DNA of 64,000 bases from Chloroflexota bacterium (GCA_963663275.1 OY760183.1:2880001-2944000), one strand, 5' to 3'; counted from the first letter of the stretch, positions 35,132 to 45,199 are shown. Notes: generated by a model not told the origin, from the letters alone. A program made the numbers and translations.

Positions 35132-36541
35132 ATGTCTATCGTGGAACCGCGAACGCTTTGGCAAACGGTCCTGGGCGAGCTTGAACTAGAAGTGCCCCGG
35201 GGTCAGTTTGCCGCGTGGCTGAGAAGCACCCACCTCATCGACGCCACCAATTCTCCCATCAGAGTTGGCGTGCCCAACACCTTTGCCAAAGAGGTGGTGG
35301 AGCGCAACTACCACGCCCAGGTGCAGCAGGCGCTGGCGCGCTTGTGCGAGCGGGAAGTCTCTGTCGTCTACGAGGTCAGCGCGGCCGCTCAGGAAGAGTC
35401 CCGCCAGAGCCCCACTGCCGCCCGCGCCCCATCGCCGGCCGCGTCTGCGGGGCAAGTGCCCGCCGCCGCGCCCCCACTGCAGCAGACCCGCCTGCCACGC
35501 CAGGCCGTAACCCACAGCCAGCTAAACGAAAAGTTCACCTTCGATCGGTTTGTGGTCGGCGCGGGCAATCGCCTAGCCGCCGCCGCCGCCCAGGCGGTGG
35601 CGGAACGCCCCGCGGAGGCGTACAACCCGCTCTTCATCTACGGCGGCGTGGGCCTGGGCAAGACGCACCTGCTCCATGCCATCAGCCACCACGTGCTGCA
35701 CGCGGAACCCGACCGGCACATCGTCTACGTCACCTGCGAGCAGTTCACCAACGAGTTCATCCGCGCCATCCGGGAGAAGCGCGTTGATGCGTTCCGCGAC
35801 CGCTACCGCAGCGCCGACATCATCCTCATCGACGACGTGCAGTTCCTCACCGGCAAAGAGCAGACCCAGGAAGAGTTCTTCCACACCTTCAACGCCTACC
35901 ACGAGATTGGCAAGCAGATCGTCCTTTCCAGCGACCGGCCGCCCAAGAGCATCGAGACGCTGACGGACCGATTGCGCAGCCGCTTCGTGTGGGGCCTGAT
36001 CGCCGACATCCAGCCGCCGGACCTGGAGACGCGCATCGCGATCCTGAGCAAGCAGGCCGATGAGATGTGCATGGCGGTTTCAAACGAAGTCCTGGAGTTC
36101 CTGGCAACGCACCTCGTCAGCAACATCCGGGAGTTGGAAGGGGCGCTGACCCGCGTGATGGCGTTCGCGAAGCTGAACGAGCAGGAGCCTACGCAAGAAC
36201 TGGCGATGGAAGTGCTCGACGGCCTGCTCTTCAACGTGCGCAAGGACGCCTTTACGCCGGAGCAAATCCTCGACGCCGTGGCGACGCACTATCGCGTGAG
36301 GGTGGCCGACCTGCTGGGTCCCACACGGGAGAAGATCATCGCGCGCCCGCGCCAGATCGCGATGTATCTCCTGCGCAAAGAGACGCAACTCTCCCAGCCG
36401 GAAATCGGCAGGATTCTTGGCGGACGCGACCACTCCACCGTCAAGTACGGCTGCGACAAGATCGGCAAGGCCCTTGAGCATGACGCCGCGCTCCAGCAGG
36501 AGGTGGCGAACGTGTGGCATATCCTGCAACCGGCCCAGTAG
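35132..36541 (+). CDS. dnaA: Chromosomal replication initiator DnaA
   Basis: [17 protein letters not shown]; DDVQF; QEEFFHTFN; GGRDHSTV; start uncertain (35132 or 35141). Confidence 0.97.
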   Translation: MSIVEPRTLWQTVLGELELEVPRGQFAAWLRSTHLIDATNSPIRVGVPNTFAKEVVERNYHAQVQQALARLCEREVSVVYEVSAAAQEESRQSPTAARAPSPAASAGQVPAAAPPLQQTRLPRQAVTHSQLNEKFTFDRFVVGAGNRLAAAAAQAVAERPAEAYNPLFIYGGVGLGKTHLLHAISHHVLHAEPDRHIVYVTCEQFTNEFIRAIREKRVDAFRDRYRSADIILIDDVQFLTGKEQTQEEFFHTFNAYHEIGKQIVLSSDRPPKSIETLTDRLRSRFVWGLIADIQPPDLETRIAILSKQADEMCMAVSNEVLEFLATHLVSNIRELEGALTRVMAFAKLNEQEPTQELAMEVLDGLLFNVRKDAFTPEQILDAVATHYRVRVADLLGPTREKIIARPRQIAMYLLRKETQLSQPEIGRILGGRDHSTVKYGCDKIGKALEHDAALQQEVANVWHILQPAQ

Positions 36542-36686
36542 AAGGGACGTCGGCTGCGCGACGGCGGGCGCGGCCGCCGTTGGGTTGGCCCCGCTGGGGT
36601 GAGAAGGCACTCGAGCATCCGGGTGGACGCGCCGGCTCGCGCTTCGACAATAGGCCAAACTCCGGTCAGGCGTCCTTAGCAGGAGT

Positions 36687-36884
36687 GCTTCGACAGGCTC
36701 AGCACGAACGGACTCTTGGCCCTTTCGCTCGCCGCTTTGACTGGCTCGGCACGAACGGACTGTTGGGGCATTCGTTCGCCGCTGCGACTGGCTCAGCGCG
36801 AACGGACTGTTGGGGCATTCGTCCGCCGCTGCGACTGGCTCAGCGCGAACGGATTCAGCGCCCTTTCGTTCGCCGCTTCGACCG
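36687..36884. repeat. Four or more 47-bp tandem units built from the CTTCGACAGGCTCAGCACGAACGG half-palindrome
   Basis: Unit starts 36687, 36734, 36781, 36828, 36875; parent palindrome at 61185-61273. Confidence 0.88.
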
Positions 36885-36985
36885 CATCCCAGCGTACATG
36901 CGCCCAATTCTTGGCGCGTCTTCCACGAGGCTGCATGAGGGCGCCGCGACTGAATCATACGCAGCATACCGCCAGGGAGAGTACG

Positions 36986-37609
36986 TTGACCCCAGAGGAG
37001 TTGCCCTACCTGGTGCTGGCCACCGGGAATCCCGGCAAAGTGGAGGAGTTGCGGGACCTGTTGCGGGACCTGCCGCTGGCGCCGGTCACGGCTGCCGACC
37101 TCGGCCTGGCGCTGCCGCCGGATGAGCCGTACGCCACGTTTCGGGAAAACGCCGCGCACAAGGCGCTCCACGTGGCGCGGCAGACCCCTCATCTCGTGCT
37201 CGGCGAGGATTCCGGGCTGGAGGTCGACGCGCTCGGCGGCAATCCCGGGGTCCGCTCCAAACGCTACGCCGGCCCCCAGGGCGACGATCAGGCCAACAAC
37301 CGCAAACTGCTTAGTGAACTTGCGGGAGTCCCGTGGCCGCAGCGAGCGGCGCGTTTTCGCTGCCTGCTGGCGTTGGCGCGGGACGGCGCCGTGCTCTTTT
37401 CCGCCAGCGGCGTCTGCAAGGGCTTCATTGCCCGTCAGCCCCGCGGCGAGGGCGGCTTCGGCTATGATCCACTCTTCTACGTGCCTGAAAAGCACAAAAC
37501 CCTGGCGGAACTCTCCGCCGGCGCCAAGAACCGCATCAGCCACCGCGCCCACGCCCTCCAGCAAGCGCGCATCTTCTTGCGAGAGTATACAATGGACTGC
37601 GATAGGTAA
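36986..37609 (+). CDS. rdgB: Non-canonical purine NTP pyrophosphatase (RdgB/HAM1)
   Basis: ATGNPGK; EDSGL; GFGYDP; KNRISHR. Confidence 0.93.
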   Translation: MTPEELPYLVLATGNPGKVEELRDLLRDLPLAPVTAADLGLALPPDEPYATFRENAAHKALHVARQTPHLVLGEDSGLEVDALGGNPGVRSKRYAGPQGDDQANNRKLLSELAGVPWPQRAARFRCLLALARDGAVLFSASGVCKGFIARQPRGEGGFGYDPLFYVPEKHKTLAELSAGAKNRISHRAHALQQARIFLREYTMDCDR

Positions 37610-37610
37610 C

Positions 37611-37810
37611 GTAGGTCTCCAACCCGCGCCGCTGACCTTGTAACGTCCGGTAGCATAGGTTTCCAACCTGCGCCGCTAACCTCGCAACGTCCGGCAGCGT
37701 AGGCCTCCAACCCGCGCCGCCGCCCTTGAAATGTCCGGTACCGTAGGTTAGTAACCTGCGCTTCCACTGTTGCAACGTCCGGTAGCGTAGGTTTCCAATC
37801 TGCGCCGCCG
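37611..37810. repeat. Five 44-bp tandem units of a GTAG-type REP (GTAGCGTAGGTTTCCAACCTGCG)
   Basis: 44-bp period: 37611, 37655, 37699, 37743, 37787. Confidence 0.85.
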
Positions 37811-37860
37811 TTGCCGATGCGTCAACCGCATACGCACAACCTTGAGCGAGAGGAAATCCA

Positions 37861-38964
37861 ATGCCTGGAGAACTGGAAGTCAAGCACGACCGCATTGCGC
37901 GGTTCCTCACCGAGCGCAATCTCGATGCCCTGGTCTTAGGGCGGCTGGCGAACTTTGCCTGGGCCACCGGCGGGCGCGACGGCTTCATCATGATCGCCAC
38001 CGAGCACGCCGCCGGCCACCTCATCTTCACCCACGACGAAAAGGCGCTCGTAGCGGACCGGATCGAGATGCCGCGCCTCCAGGATGAAGAGGGGCTTACG
38101 CCGCCGGAGTGGACGCCCATCGCGCCCTACTGGCACGCGGACCGCGCCCAAGTGGTCTCCTGGAACACGGCGGGCCGCAGCCGCCGCACCGGCGCCGACT
38201 GCGACGTGCCCGGCGCGCACAAGCTCACCGGCGACATCGCGCGGCTGCGCTACCAACTCCTGCCCGAAGAGATGGAACGCTATCGCGCCCTGGGACGGGC
38301 GGCCGCTACGGCGCTGGAGGAAGCCGCCCACGAGATTGCCCCCGGCATGACCGAGCACGCCGTCGCCGGCGTCATCGCCGCGAAAGCCATCCCCCACGGC
38401 ATCCAGGCGGCGCTGACGCTGGTGGCCACGGACGCGCGCATCTTCCGCTACCGGCATCCCATTCCCACCGCCAAGCGGCTGGACAACTACGCCATGCTGG
38501 TGCTTTGCGCGCGCCGGCACGGCCTCATCTGCTCGGTGACGCGGTTCGTCCACTTTGGCGAGATACCGGCTGAGATTCGGGAGAAATCGGCGGCCTGCGC
38601 GCGGGTGGACGCGGCGTTCATCCTCGGTTCCGTGCCGGGCCGACCGGCCCGCGACGTCTTCAGCGAAGCCGTTGCCGAATACGCCAGCGCCGGTTACCCG
38701 GACGAGTGGCTCTTCCATCACCAGGGCGGCGCGTGCGGGTACGAGTCCCGCGACTACAAGGCCTCGCCCGTGAGCCAGGAAGTGGTGCAGGCCAACCAGG
38801 CTTTCGCGTGGAATCCGAGCATCGCCGGCGTGAAGAGCGAGGATACGACCCTGGTAACCGAGAATGGCATCGAGGTGCTCACCGCCGCTTCGAGCGATTG
38901 GCCGATGCACGTCGTAGAGTGGCAAGGCAAGACCATCGAGCGGCCCGCCATTCTGCAACGCTAG
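37861..38964 (+). CDS. M24 family (Xaa-Pro) metallopeptidase-like protein
   Basis: YRHP; HHQGG; AWNPSI; KSEDT. Confidence 0.8.
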   Translation: MPGELEVKHDRIARFLTERNLDALVLGRLANFAWATGGRDGFIMIATEHAAGHLIFTHDEKALVADRIEMPRLQDEEGLTPPEWTPIAPYWHADRAQVVSWNTAGRSRRTGADCDVPGAHKLTGDIARLRYQLLPEEMERYRALGRAAATALEEAAHEIAPGMTEHAVAGVIAAKAIPHGIQAALTLVATDARIFRYRHPIPTAKRLDNYAMLVLCARRHGLICSVTRFVHFGEIPAEIREKSAACARVDAAFILGSVPGRPARDVFSEAVAEYASAGYPDEWLFHHQGGACGYESRDYKASPVSQEVVQANQAFAWNPSIAGVKSEDTTLVTENGIEVLTAASSDWPMHVVEWQGKTIERPAILQR

Positions 38965-39037
38965 GGCGCGGTCAGCGTCACTCTGCCCAGTTGATTCACC
39001 CTCACCCTCTCCCTGAGGAGACCTTTGCATAACTCTG

Positions 39038-40048
39038 TCATTCCGGCGAAAGCCGGAAGGTGGATTCACATTTCAAGTGCAACACCTGGTTGATGAATAC
39101 TTCGGCTGGCGTTTGGAAGTCAAGACACTTGCGCGGGGTGTGGTTGTAGGCGTGGACCAGTTGCGCAAAGCGTTGTTGGCTCACCTGTGCCAGGTCGGTC
39201 TTGCGCGGCAGCCGGCGCCGCAGGCGGCCGATGGCGTTCTCGATGCCCCCTTTCTGCCAGGGCGAGTGGGTATCGCAGAAGAAGGTTTGGATGCCCAAGT
39301 CATGGAGGCGGTAATGCTGTGCGAACTCCGTGCCATTGTCGAACGTGACGGTCTGGCTGCACGCTGGGGGCAGCGCGGCGAACAGGTCGTGCAGGATAGT
39401 GGCGATCGGCGCTGCCGCCTTGCCGGGCGGTCGCGCGGCCAGCAACAGGCGCGAGTGGCGCTCGTGCAGGGTCAAGACTGCTTGACCGTAGGTGCGAAAG
39501 AGCATCAGGTCCGCCTCCCAGTGGCCGGGCGTTTGGCGGTCTGCCGCCGCCTGGGGCCGTTCTGCCAGCGGTCGGCGCTGGGCAATGAACGAGGCCGGAC
39601 TGCCGCCCTTTCGCCCGCGCCAGCCCCGTTTGGACTTGGCGCGCGGCAGGTAATGCCGCCAGTTACCGTCCTTCGTGCGCGCCTGCTGCCCGTAGATGAA
39701 GCGATAGATGGTCTCGTGAGAGACGACCGGCGCGCCGTTCTCCCGCGCCAAACGTCCGGATACCTGCTCCGGCGACCAACAATCCCGCAAGTATCCCAAC
39801 ACCACCTCCCGCAACTCGGCATCCCGCTCCAGCTTGCTGCCGCGCCAGCACCGCGCCCACGCCTGATCATCGGCATACTTTGGCTCATAGCCTGCCGATT
39901 GCGATCCATTTCGTTTCACCTCCCGCGAAATCGTCGATGGCGCGCGACCCAGAGTTGCAGCGATTTGCCGGTGCGAGGTTCTCGCGGTGAGAAGTCGGGC
40001 AATTTCACACCGCTCTTCAATGGTAAGTTGTGTGTATTGTTTTCCCAT
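39038..40048 (-). CDS. IS30 family transposase
   Basis: HTH LGRAPSTISREVKRN; WSPEQ; WEADL; TFDNGTEF; WQKGGIEN; PRKCL. Confidence 0.95.
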   Translation of the reverse strand: MGKQYTQLTIEERCEIARLLTARTSHRQIAATLGRAPSTISREVKRNGSQSAGYEPKYADDQAWARCWRGSKLERDAELREVVLGYLRDCWSPEQVSGRLARENGAPVVSHETIYRFIYGQQARTKDGNWRHYLPRAKSKRGWRGRKGGSPASFIAQRRPLAERPQAAADRQTPGHWEADLMLFRTYGQAVLTLHERHSRLLLAARPPGKAAAPIATILHDLFAALPPACSQTVTFDNGTEFAQHYRLHDLGIQTFFCDTHSPWQKGGIENAIGRLRRRLPRKTDLAQVSQQRFAQLVHAYNHTPRKCLDFQTPAEVFINQVLHLKCESTFRLSPE

Positions 40049-40090
40049 GGCAACACCTTAGCAAAGTGTTGCACTTCGTTTGTGAGTCTA
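39061..40090 (-). mobile_element. IS30-family insertion sequence
   Basis: Imperfect IRs TGGATTCACATTTCAAGTGCAACAC / GTGTTGCACTTCGTTTGTGAGTCTA; exact ends +/-2 bp. Confidence 0.9.
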
Positions 40091-40221
40091 GGGAATCCAG
40101 ACCGCATTTACAACTAAAAATAGCTTGTTTTCAATCCTTTGCACCCCCATCCCAACCTTCCCCCTCAATGGGGAAGGGGTTATGCAAAGGTCTCCTGGGG
40201 GAGAGGGGACAGGATCGGAAG

Positions 40222-40312
40222 CTGGGTGTTTGTCGGGAATTGGGCATTTGTTGGGACTTTAGTATTTGTCGGATTTTGGGTGTCATTTGGGAATTGGGTA
40301 TTTCTTGGATTA
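40222..40312. repeat. Degenerate 18-bp-period GT-rich tandem repeat
   Basis: Reads LGVCRE/LGICWD/FSICRI/LGVIWE/LGISWI in one frame. Confidence 0.55.
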
Positions 40313-40353
40313 GGTTGACGCAGGATGTTGACACAGCACTAGGAATAGAACTC

Positions 40354-41280
40354 ATGCGGCCAAGCGGGCTTGACGCTCAGCAGACGGCGGCGGGAGGTCA
40401 CCCGCCTGCATTGGAGTGGCGCGGCATCGGCGTCTTTCTTGGTTGCGCCTTCGGCCTGACCTGGGGCGTGTGGGCCGTGGTCTACCTGTTGGGCGGTATG
40501 GAGAACCTGCCGGTGTTCACCGCCGGCTCTCTGCTGGCGATGTGGTGCCCCGGTATCGCCGCGCTCGTCTGCGTCCGCTTTATCACGCCGCTGCCCCTTC
40601 GCGGCCTCGGTTTGCGCTGGGGCAGCCTGGAGCGTTACGCCAGCATCTACTTCTTCGTCATTCTCTATCTGGCGGGGGCAATGGCGCTCAGCGTCGCGCT
40701 GGGCCTCCAAGCGGTCAACGCCACACTGGAACCGCTGCGCAGCGAACTTGCCGACCAACCGTATCCCTTCAATGACCCCATCCTCGTAACGTTCGTCACC
40801 ATCATTGGCAGCTTTACGCTGGCGGCGCTCTTCAACAGCCTCTTTGCGCTCGGCGAGGAACTCGGCTGGCGCGGGTACCTGCTGCTCAAGCTGGCGCCGC
40901 TGGGCATCCCGCGCGCCAGCCTGCTCATCGGCCTCATCTGGGGCGTGTGGCACGCGCCGGCCATCTTCATGGGCTACAACTATCCCGGCCAGCCGTTGGC
41001 GGGCGCGGTCTTCATGGTCTGGTTCACGCTTGGGTGGAGCGTCATCTTCACATGGCTGCGCCAGGTAACGCGCAGCGTGCTGGCCGCCGCCTTCGGCCAC
41101 GGCCTGCTCAACGCCGTCGCCGGACTGCCGCTGCTTCTCTTGCAGGACACCAACTCGCTCATCCGCGCGCCGCTTGGCGTCACCGGTCTCGTGCCGCTCA
41201 CGCTGCTTGCGCTGTTCGCCTTCTGGCTGCTGCTGCGGCGCGAGCGCGCAAGCGGCGGCGCCCCGGCGGAACCTGGCTAA
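40354..41280 (+). CDS. CPBP (CAAX protease/Abi) family intramembrane protease
   Basis: GEELGWRG; WGVWH; H...N motif. Confidence 0.9.
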   Translation: MRPSGLDAQQTAAGGHPPALEWRGIGVFLGCAFGLTWGVWAVVYLLGGMENLPVFTAGSLLAMWCPGIAALVCVRFITPLPLRGLGLRWGSLERYASIYFFVILYLAGAMALSVALGLQAVNATLEPLRSELADQPYPFNDPILVTFVTIIGSFTLAALFNSLFALGEELGWRGYLLLKLAPLGIPRASLLIGLIWGVWHAPAIFMGYNYPGQPLAGAVFMVWFTLGWSVIFTWLRQVTRSVLAAAFGHGLLNAVAGLPLLLLQDTNSLIRAPLGVTGLVPLTLLALFAFWLLLRRERASGGAPAEPG

Positions 41281-41281
41281 G

Positions 41282-41443
41282 GAGACCTTTGCATGACTCC
41301 GTCATTCCGAACGGAGCGCAAAGGAGTGAGGAATCTAATGCACGGCCCTGCAAATCAGCGTCACTAGAATCCTCGCTGCGCTCGGAATGACATTTGCACA
41401 CCCCTGTCTGCCCTCGTTGGGGAAGGGGTCAAGCAATGGTACC
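41282..41443. mobile_element. Internally deleted derivative of the GAGACCTTTGC MITE
   Basis: Left TIR directly after the TAA stop; degenerate right end GGGGAAGGGGTCAAGCAATGGTACC. Confidence 0.7.
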
Positions 41444-41494
41444 CAAGAGAAAGACCCCGGCGCTAGCGGCGGCAAGCCCCACCCTGCAACCCGC

Positions 41495-43339
41495 TCACTC
41501 CTGGTCGGCGAACTGCATGGTGTAGAGTTGAAAGTACGCGCCTCGCTGTCGCAGCAGTTCCGCGTGCGTGCCGTGTTCCGCGATTCTGCCCTTATCCATC
41601 ACGATCACTTGGCTCGCGTTTTGAATCGTCGAGAGCCGGTGGGCAATCACGAAACTCGTGCGACCCTCCATGAGCACCTTCAGCGCCTCTTGAATCTGCT
41701 GCTCCGTTTCCGTGTCCACGCTCGACGTCGCCTCGTCCAGCACCAGAATGCGCGGATCGGCAATGAGCGCCCGCGCGAACGAGAGCAATTGGCGCTGGCC
41801 GATGGAGAGTTGCGTGCCGCGCTCGCCCACCAGCGTCTCGTAGCGAAACGGCTGCGCTTCGATGAAGTCATGGAGGCGCACGGCCTTGGCCGCCGCGACG
41901 ATTTCCTCATCCATGGCGTCCAGCCTGCCGTAGCGGATGTTCTCGTTGACCGTGCCGGAGAACAGGAACGGTTCCTGCAGCACCAGTCCCACCTGGGCGC
42001 GCAGGCTCTCCAGCGTGACGCCGCCAATGTCGTGGCCGTCGATCGTCACCCTGCCCGATTGAATGTCGTAGAAGCGGCAGAGCACGTTGATGATCGAGGT
42101 CTTGCCCGCGCCGGTGTGGCCCACGATTGCCACAAGCTCACCCGGTTTCGCGTCCAGCGAGATGCCGTGCAACACCGGCGTATCGGCGTGGTAGCCAAAG
42201 ACCACGTCCTCGAACGCCACGCGCCCCCGCGCCGGCGGCAGCGGCTGGGCATTGGGCTTTTCCAGGATGTCCGGGGGCGTATCCAGCAGGGCAAAGACGC
42301 GCTCGCTGGCCGCCATCGCCGATTGCATCTGGTTGAAGCGGGTCGAGATGCTCTGCAGCGGCTGGAAGAAGCGCTGCACGTACACCAGGAACGCCACCAG
42401 CACGCCGAGTTCAACCGTCTCCTGCACGTAGGCCACGCCGCCGACCCAGACGATGATGACGACGGCCACGGCATTGATGATGCTGACGGTAGGCGAAAAG
42501 GCCGCCGTAATGCCGTTGGCCTTGAGCGTCGTCTCCACGTAGCGGTCGCTGAGGCCCTTGAACCGGCGCAGGTTCTCCGCCTGGCGCGCGTAGGCCTGGG
42601 TGACCCGCACGCCCAGGATGCTCTCCGCGAAGTAGCCGTTCATCACGCTCCGATCCTCGCGGGCCACACGCCACGCGCCGCGCGCCCGCCCTTTGAACGC
42701 AAAGGCCACGCCGATCAACGCGGGGAAGACGATGAACGTGAGCAGCGCCAGTTGCCAATGCATGTAGAGCATGACGAAGAGAATGCCGACGATTACGAAC
42801 AGGTCGCTGGCCGTGCTCACGATGCCGTTGGTGATGAGACTGTTGATGTCCCGCACGTCGCTGGTCACCCGCGTGATGACGCTGCCGGCGCGGTTGCGGT
42901 CGTAGTAGCCCAGCGAGAGGCGCTGCAAGTGCTGGAAGAGGCTCTGGCGCAGGGAGAAAAGCAACTGCTGGCCGAGCCAGCTTATGAGCCACTGCCGCGC
43001 TCCCATTGCGCCAAACAAGACGATACCGGCCAAGAGGTAGAGGACGACGAGAATGTCCAGCGCGCGCAGGTCGCCGGTAGCAAGCGGGCCGTCGATGGCC
43101 AACTTGAGCAGGTACGGCCTGAGAACGCTCGCCGCGGTGTTGAGCAGCGTAACGAGGATTGCGCCGCCGATTTGCAGCCGGTATCCGCTGGTGTAGCCGA
43201 GCAAACGCGCGAGGATCCTGAAGTCGAACTCACGTGAGGCTTGCTCGTCTTTGTCGTCCCCCGCTGGCGCGGCAGGCGGGGCCGCGGCGTCGCGCGCGGC
43301 GGCCGCGGAGGGGGATTCTTGGCGCTCCCGCTCAGCCAT
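41495..43339 (-). CDS. ABC exporter, fused permease/ATPase (heterodimer partner)
   Basis: GHTGAGKT; LSIGQRQ; LVLDEATSS; IAHRL. Confidence 0.93.
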   Translation of the reverse strand: MAERERQESPSAAAARDAAAPPAAPAGDDKDEQASREFDFRILARLLGYTSGYRLQIGGAILVTLLNTAASVLRPYLLKLAIDGPLATGDLRALDILVVLYLLAGIVLFGAMGARQWLISWLGQQLLFSLRQSLFQHLQRLSLGYYDRNRAGSVITRVTSDVRDINSLITNGIVSTASDLFVIVGILFVMLYMHWQLALLTFIVFPALIGVAFAFKGRARGAWRVAREDRSVMNGYFAESILGVRVTQAYARQAENLRRFKGLSDRYVETTLKANGITAAFSPTVSIINAVAVVIIVWVGGVAYVQETVELGVLVAFLVYVQRFFQPLQSISTRFNQMQSAMAASERVFALLDTPPDILEKPNAQPLPPARGRVAFEDVVFGYHADTPVLHGISLDAKPGELVAIVGHTGAGKTSIINVLCRFYDIQSGRVTIDGHDIGGVTLESLRAQVGLVLQEPFLFSGTVNENIRYGRLDAMDEEIVAAAKAVRLHDFIEAQPFRYETLVGERGTQLSIGQRQLLSFARALIADPRILVLDEATSSVDTETEQQIQEALKVLMEGRTSFVIAHRLSTIQNASQVIVMDKGRIAEHGTHAELLRQRGAYFQLYTMQFADQE

Positions 43340-45122
43340 AGGCGCCTCCGCCGTCGTTCGCGTTCGCCCCGGCCGCCCGGCCCAGCGCCGCCATGCGCTC
43401 CTGGTCCTTGAGTTGGATGTCGTAGACCCGGGCGTAGAAGCCTTCGCGTTCCACCAGTTCCTCGTGCGTGCCCCGGTCAACGATGCGGCCGTCCTCCATC
43501 ACGAGGATCAGGTCCGCGTCCTTGATGGTCGAGATGCGCTGCGCCACCACCAGGGTCGTAGAATCGCGCGCATAGTCCTTGAGTCCCTGGTAGATGCGGT
43601 ACTCCGTCTCCGTATCCACGCTGGCGGTAGCGTCGTCAAGCATCAGGATTGGGCGGCGCAGCAGGAGCGTGCGCGCCAGCGCCGTGCGCTGCCGTTGCCC
43701 GCCGGAGAGGCCGGCGCCGCGTTCGCCGATGCGGTGTTGGTAGCCCTCCGGGAACTCCATGATGAAGTCGTGGGCTTGCGCCGCCCGCGCCGCGGCCATG
43801 ATCTCCTCCATCGTGGCGTCGGGCCGGCCGTAGGCGATGTTGTTCGCCATGGTGTCGGCAAAGAGCAGCGGCTCTTGCAGCGCAATCCCGATTTGCGCGC
43901 GCAGCGATTCCAACGTAACGTCGCGCACGTCGTGGCCGTCTATTCTCACCGCTCCCGATTCCACGTCGTAGAAACGTCCAATCAGGTAGAGCAGCGTACT
44001 CTTGCCGCTGCCGGTGGGGCCTACGACGGCGGTCACCGTGCCCGGCGCGGCCTCCAGGCTGACGTCGCGCAGCACGACCTGGCCGCGCTCGTACGCGAAC
44101 GTGACGTCCTGCAGGGCGACGCGGCTTGCCGGCGGCGGCAGTTCGTGAGCGCCTGTCAGATTGCGCACCGGCGAGCGTGTATCGAGCACGCCGAACAGCC
44201 GCTCGCCGCTGGTGATGCTGGTGGCGATGCTATCCATGATGCCGGGCAGTTGCTGGGTGGGGCCGACCAGCATCTGATAGTACGTGACGAACGCGACCAA
44301 CGTGCCAATCGTCAGGTCGCCGCCGATGACCAGCCGCCCGCCCAGCCAGAGCACGATGACCACGCCGGAGACCGCCACCATGTTCATGACGGGGCCGAAC
44401 GTGGCGTTGAGATTGACCGCGCGCATCATGAGGCGCACGAGTTCGCGGCCCTCCCGCTCGAACTTCCCCTTTTCGTGCGACTCGCGCACGAACGCCTTGA
44501 CCACCCGCGCGCCGTTGATGGCCTCTTCCAGCGCGATCACCACCCGTTCGCGCTGCTGCCTCACCCAGCCGTAGGCCGGCCGCACGCGCTTGTGGTAGAG
44601 CCACGCGATCACGCCCAGGATGGGAAACAGCGGCAACGACCACAAGGCGAGTTCGCCGCTGAGCCAGAACATGATTGTCAGCACGATGAGATAGCGCAGA
44701 AAGGTATCGAGGATGTTGATGACGGACTGCGTGCCAAAGCCCTGCGCCAGTTCGATGTCGCTCAAGGCGACGGAAATCATCTCTCCCGCCTGGATGCGGT
44801 CGTGGAAGCCGAACGAGAGGTGTTGCAGGTGGTCGTAGAGTTGGGCGCGCAGGTCGTAGCCGGTCTTCTGCGAGGTGACGGCGATGAAGAACGCCTTGCC
44901 AAAGAGGAAGAGCGCCGCCAGCACGGCAACGGCGATGATCGCGCCGCTCATGAGCGCGATGTAGCGGAGGTCGCCCGGCATCAAGCCGTTGTCGATGACT
45001 TCTCGGAAGAGCGACGGCGCGACCAGGCTGAGGGCCGTGCTGATGAGCCACGACCCATACGCGAGCACGGCAAAGCCCCGGTGCTTGAACGACGCGGCCA
45101 GGAGGAGGCGAAGAATGTTCAT
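43332..45122 (-). CDS. ABC exporter, fused permease/ATPase with degenerate site
   Basis: GPTGSGKS; LSGGQRQ; LDDATAS and VAQR, typical of the degenerate half of heterodimeric exporters. Confidence 0.93.
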   Translation of the reverse strand: MNILRLLLAASFKHRGFAVLAYGSWLISTALSLVAPSLFREVIDNGLMPGDLRYIALMSGAIIAVAVLAALFLFGKAFFIAVTSQKTGYDLRAQLYDHLQHLSFGFHDRIQAGEMISVALSDIELAQGFGTQSVINILDTFLRYLIVLTIMFWLSGELALWSLPLFPILGVIAWLYHKRVRPAYGWVRQQRERVVIALEEAINGARVVKAFVRESHEKGKFEREGRELVRLMMRAVNLNATFGPVMNMVAVSGVVIVLWLGGRLVIGGDLTIGTLVAFVTYYQMLVGPTQQLPGIMDSIATSITSGERLFGVLDTRSPVRNLTGAHELPPPASRVALQDVTFAYERGQVVLRDVSLEAAPGTVTAVVGPTGSGKSTLLYLIGRFYDVESGAVRIDGHDVRDVTLESLRAQIGIALQEPLLFADTMANNIAYGRPDATMEEIMAAARAAQAHDFIMEFPEGYQHRIGERGAGLSGGQRQRTALARTLLLRRPILMLDDATASVDTETEYRIYQGLKDYARDSTTLVVAQRISTIKDADLILVMEDGRIVDRGTHEELVEREGFYARVYDIQLKDQERMAALGRAAGANANDGGGAYG

Positions 45123-45199
45123 CGCAAGGCTATGCTCAGCTTTCGCCTAATATCGTGGTGTCGGAAGGCGCCTGTATGGCAGTGTGCGCCCGCTCCTCT

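Larger units (their letters stand above)
39018..40194. mobile_element. GAGACCTTTGCATAA-bounded MITE, inserted in a family A palindrome and interrupted by IS30
   Basis: GAGACCTTTGCATAAC at 39018 and GTTATGCAAAGGTCTC ending 40194; halves of family A flank it. Confidence 0.78.

Noticed and set aside
36687-36884. Possible CRISPR array
   Set aside because: Whole 47-bp units are similar with no unique spacers, there are no cas genes, and the unit derives from a dispersed palindrome family.
37611-37810. Possible mini-CRISPR
   Set aside because: The 44-bp period is too short and the linkers are related to each other; the hairpin is REP-like.
43332-45122. Degenerate Walker B/H-loop as a novelty
   Set aside because: Normal for heterodimeric ABC exporters.
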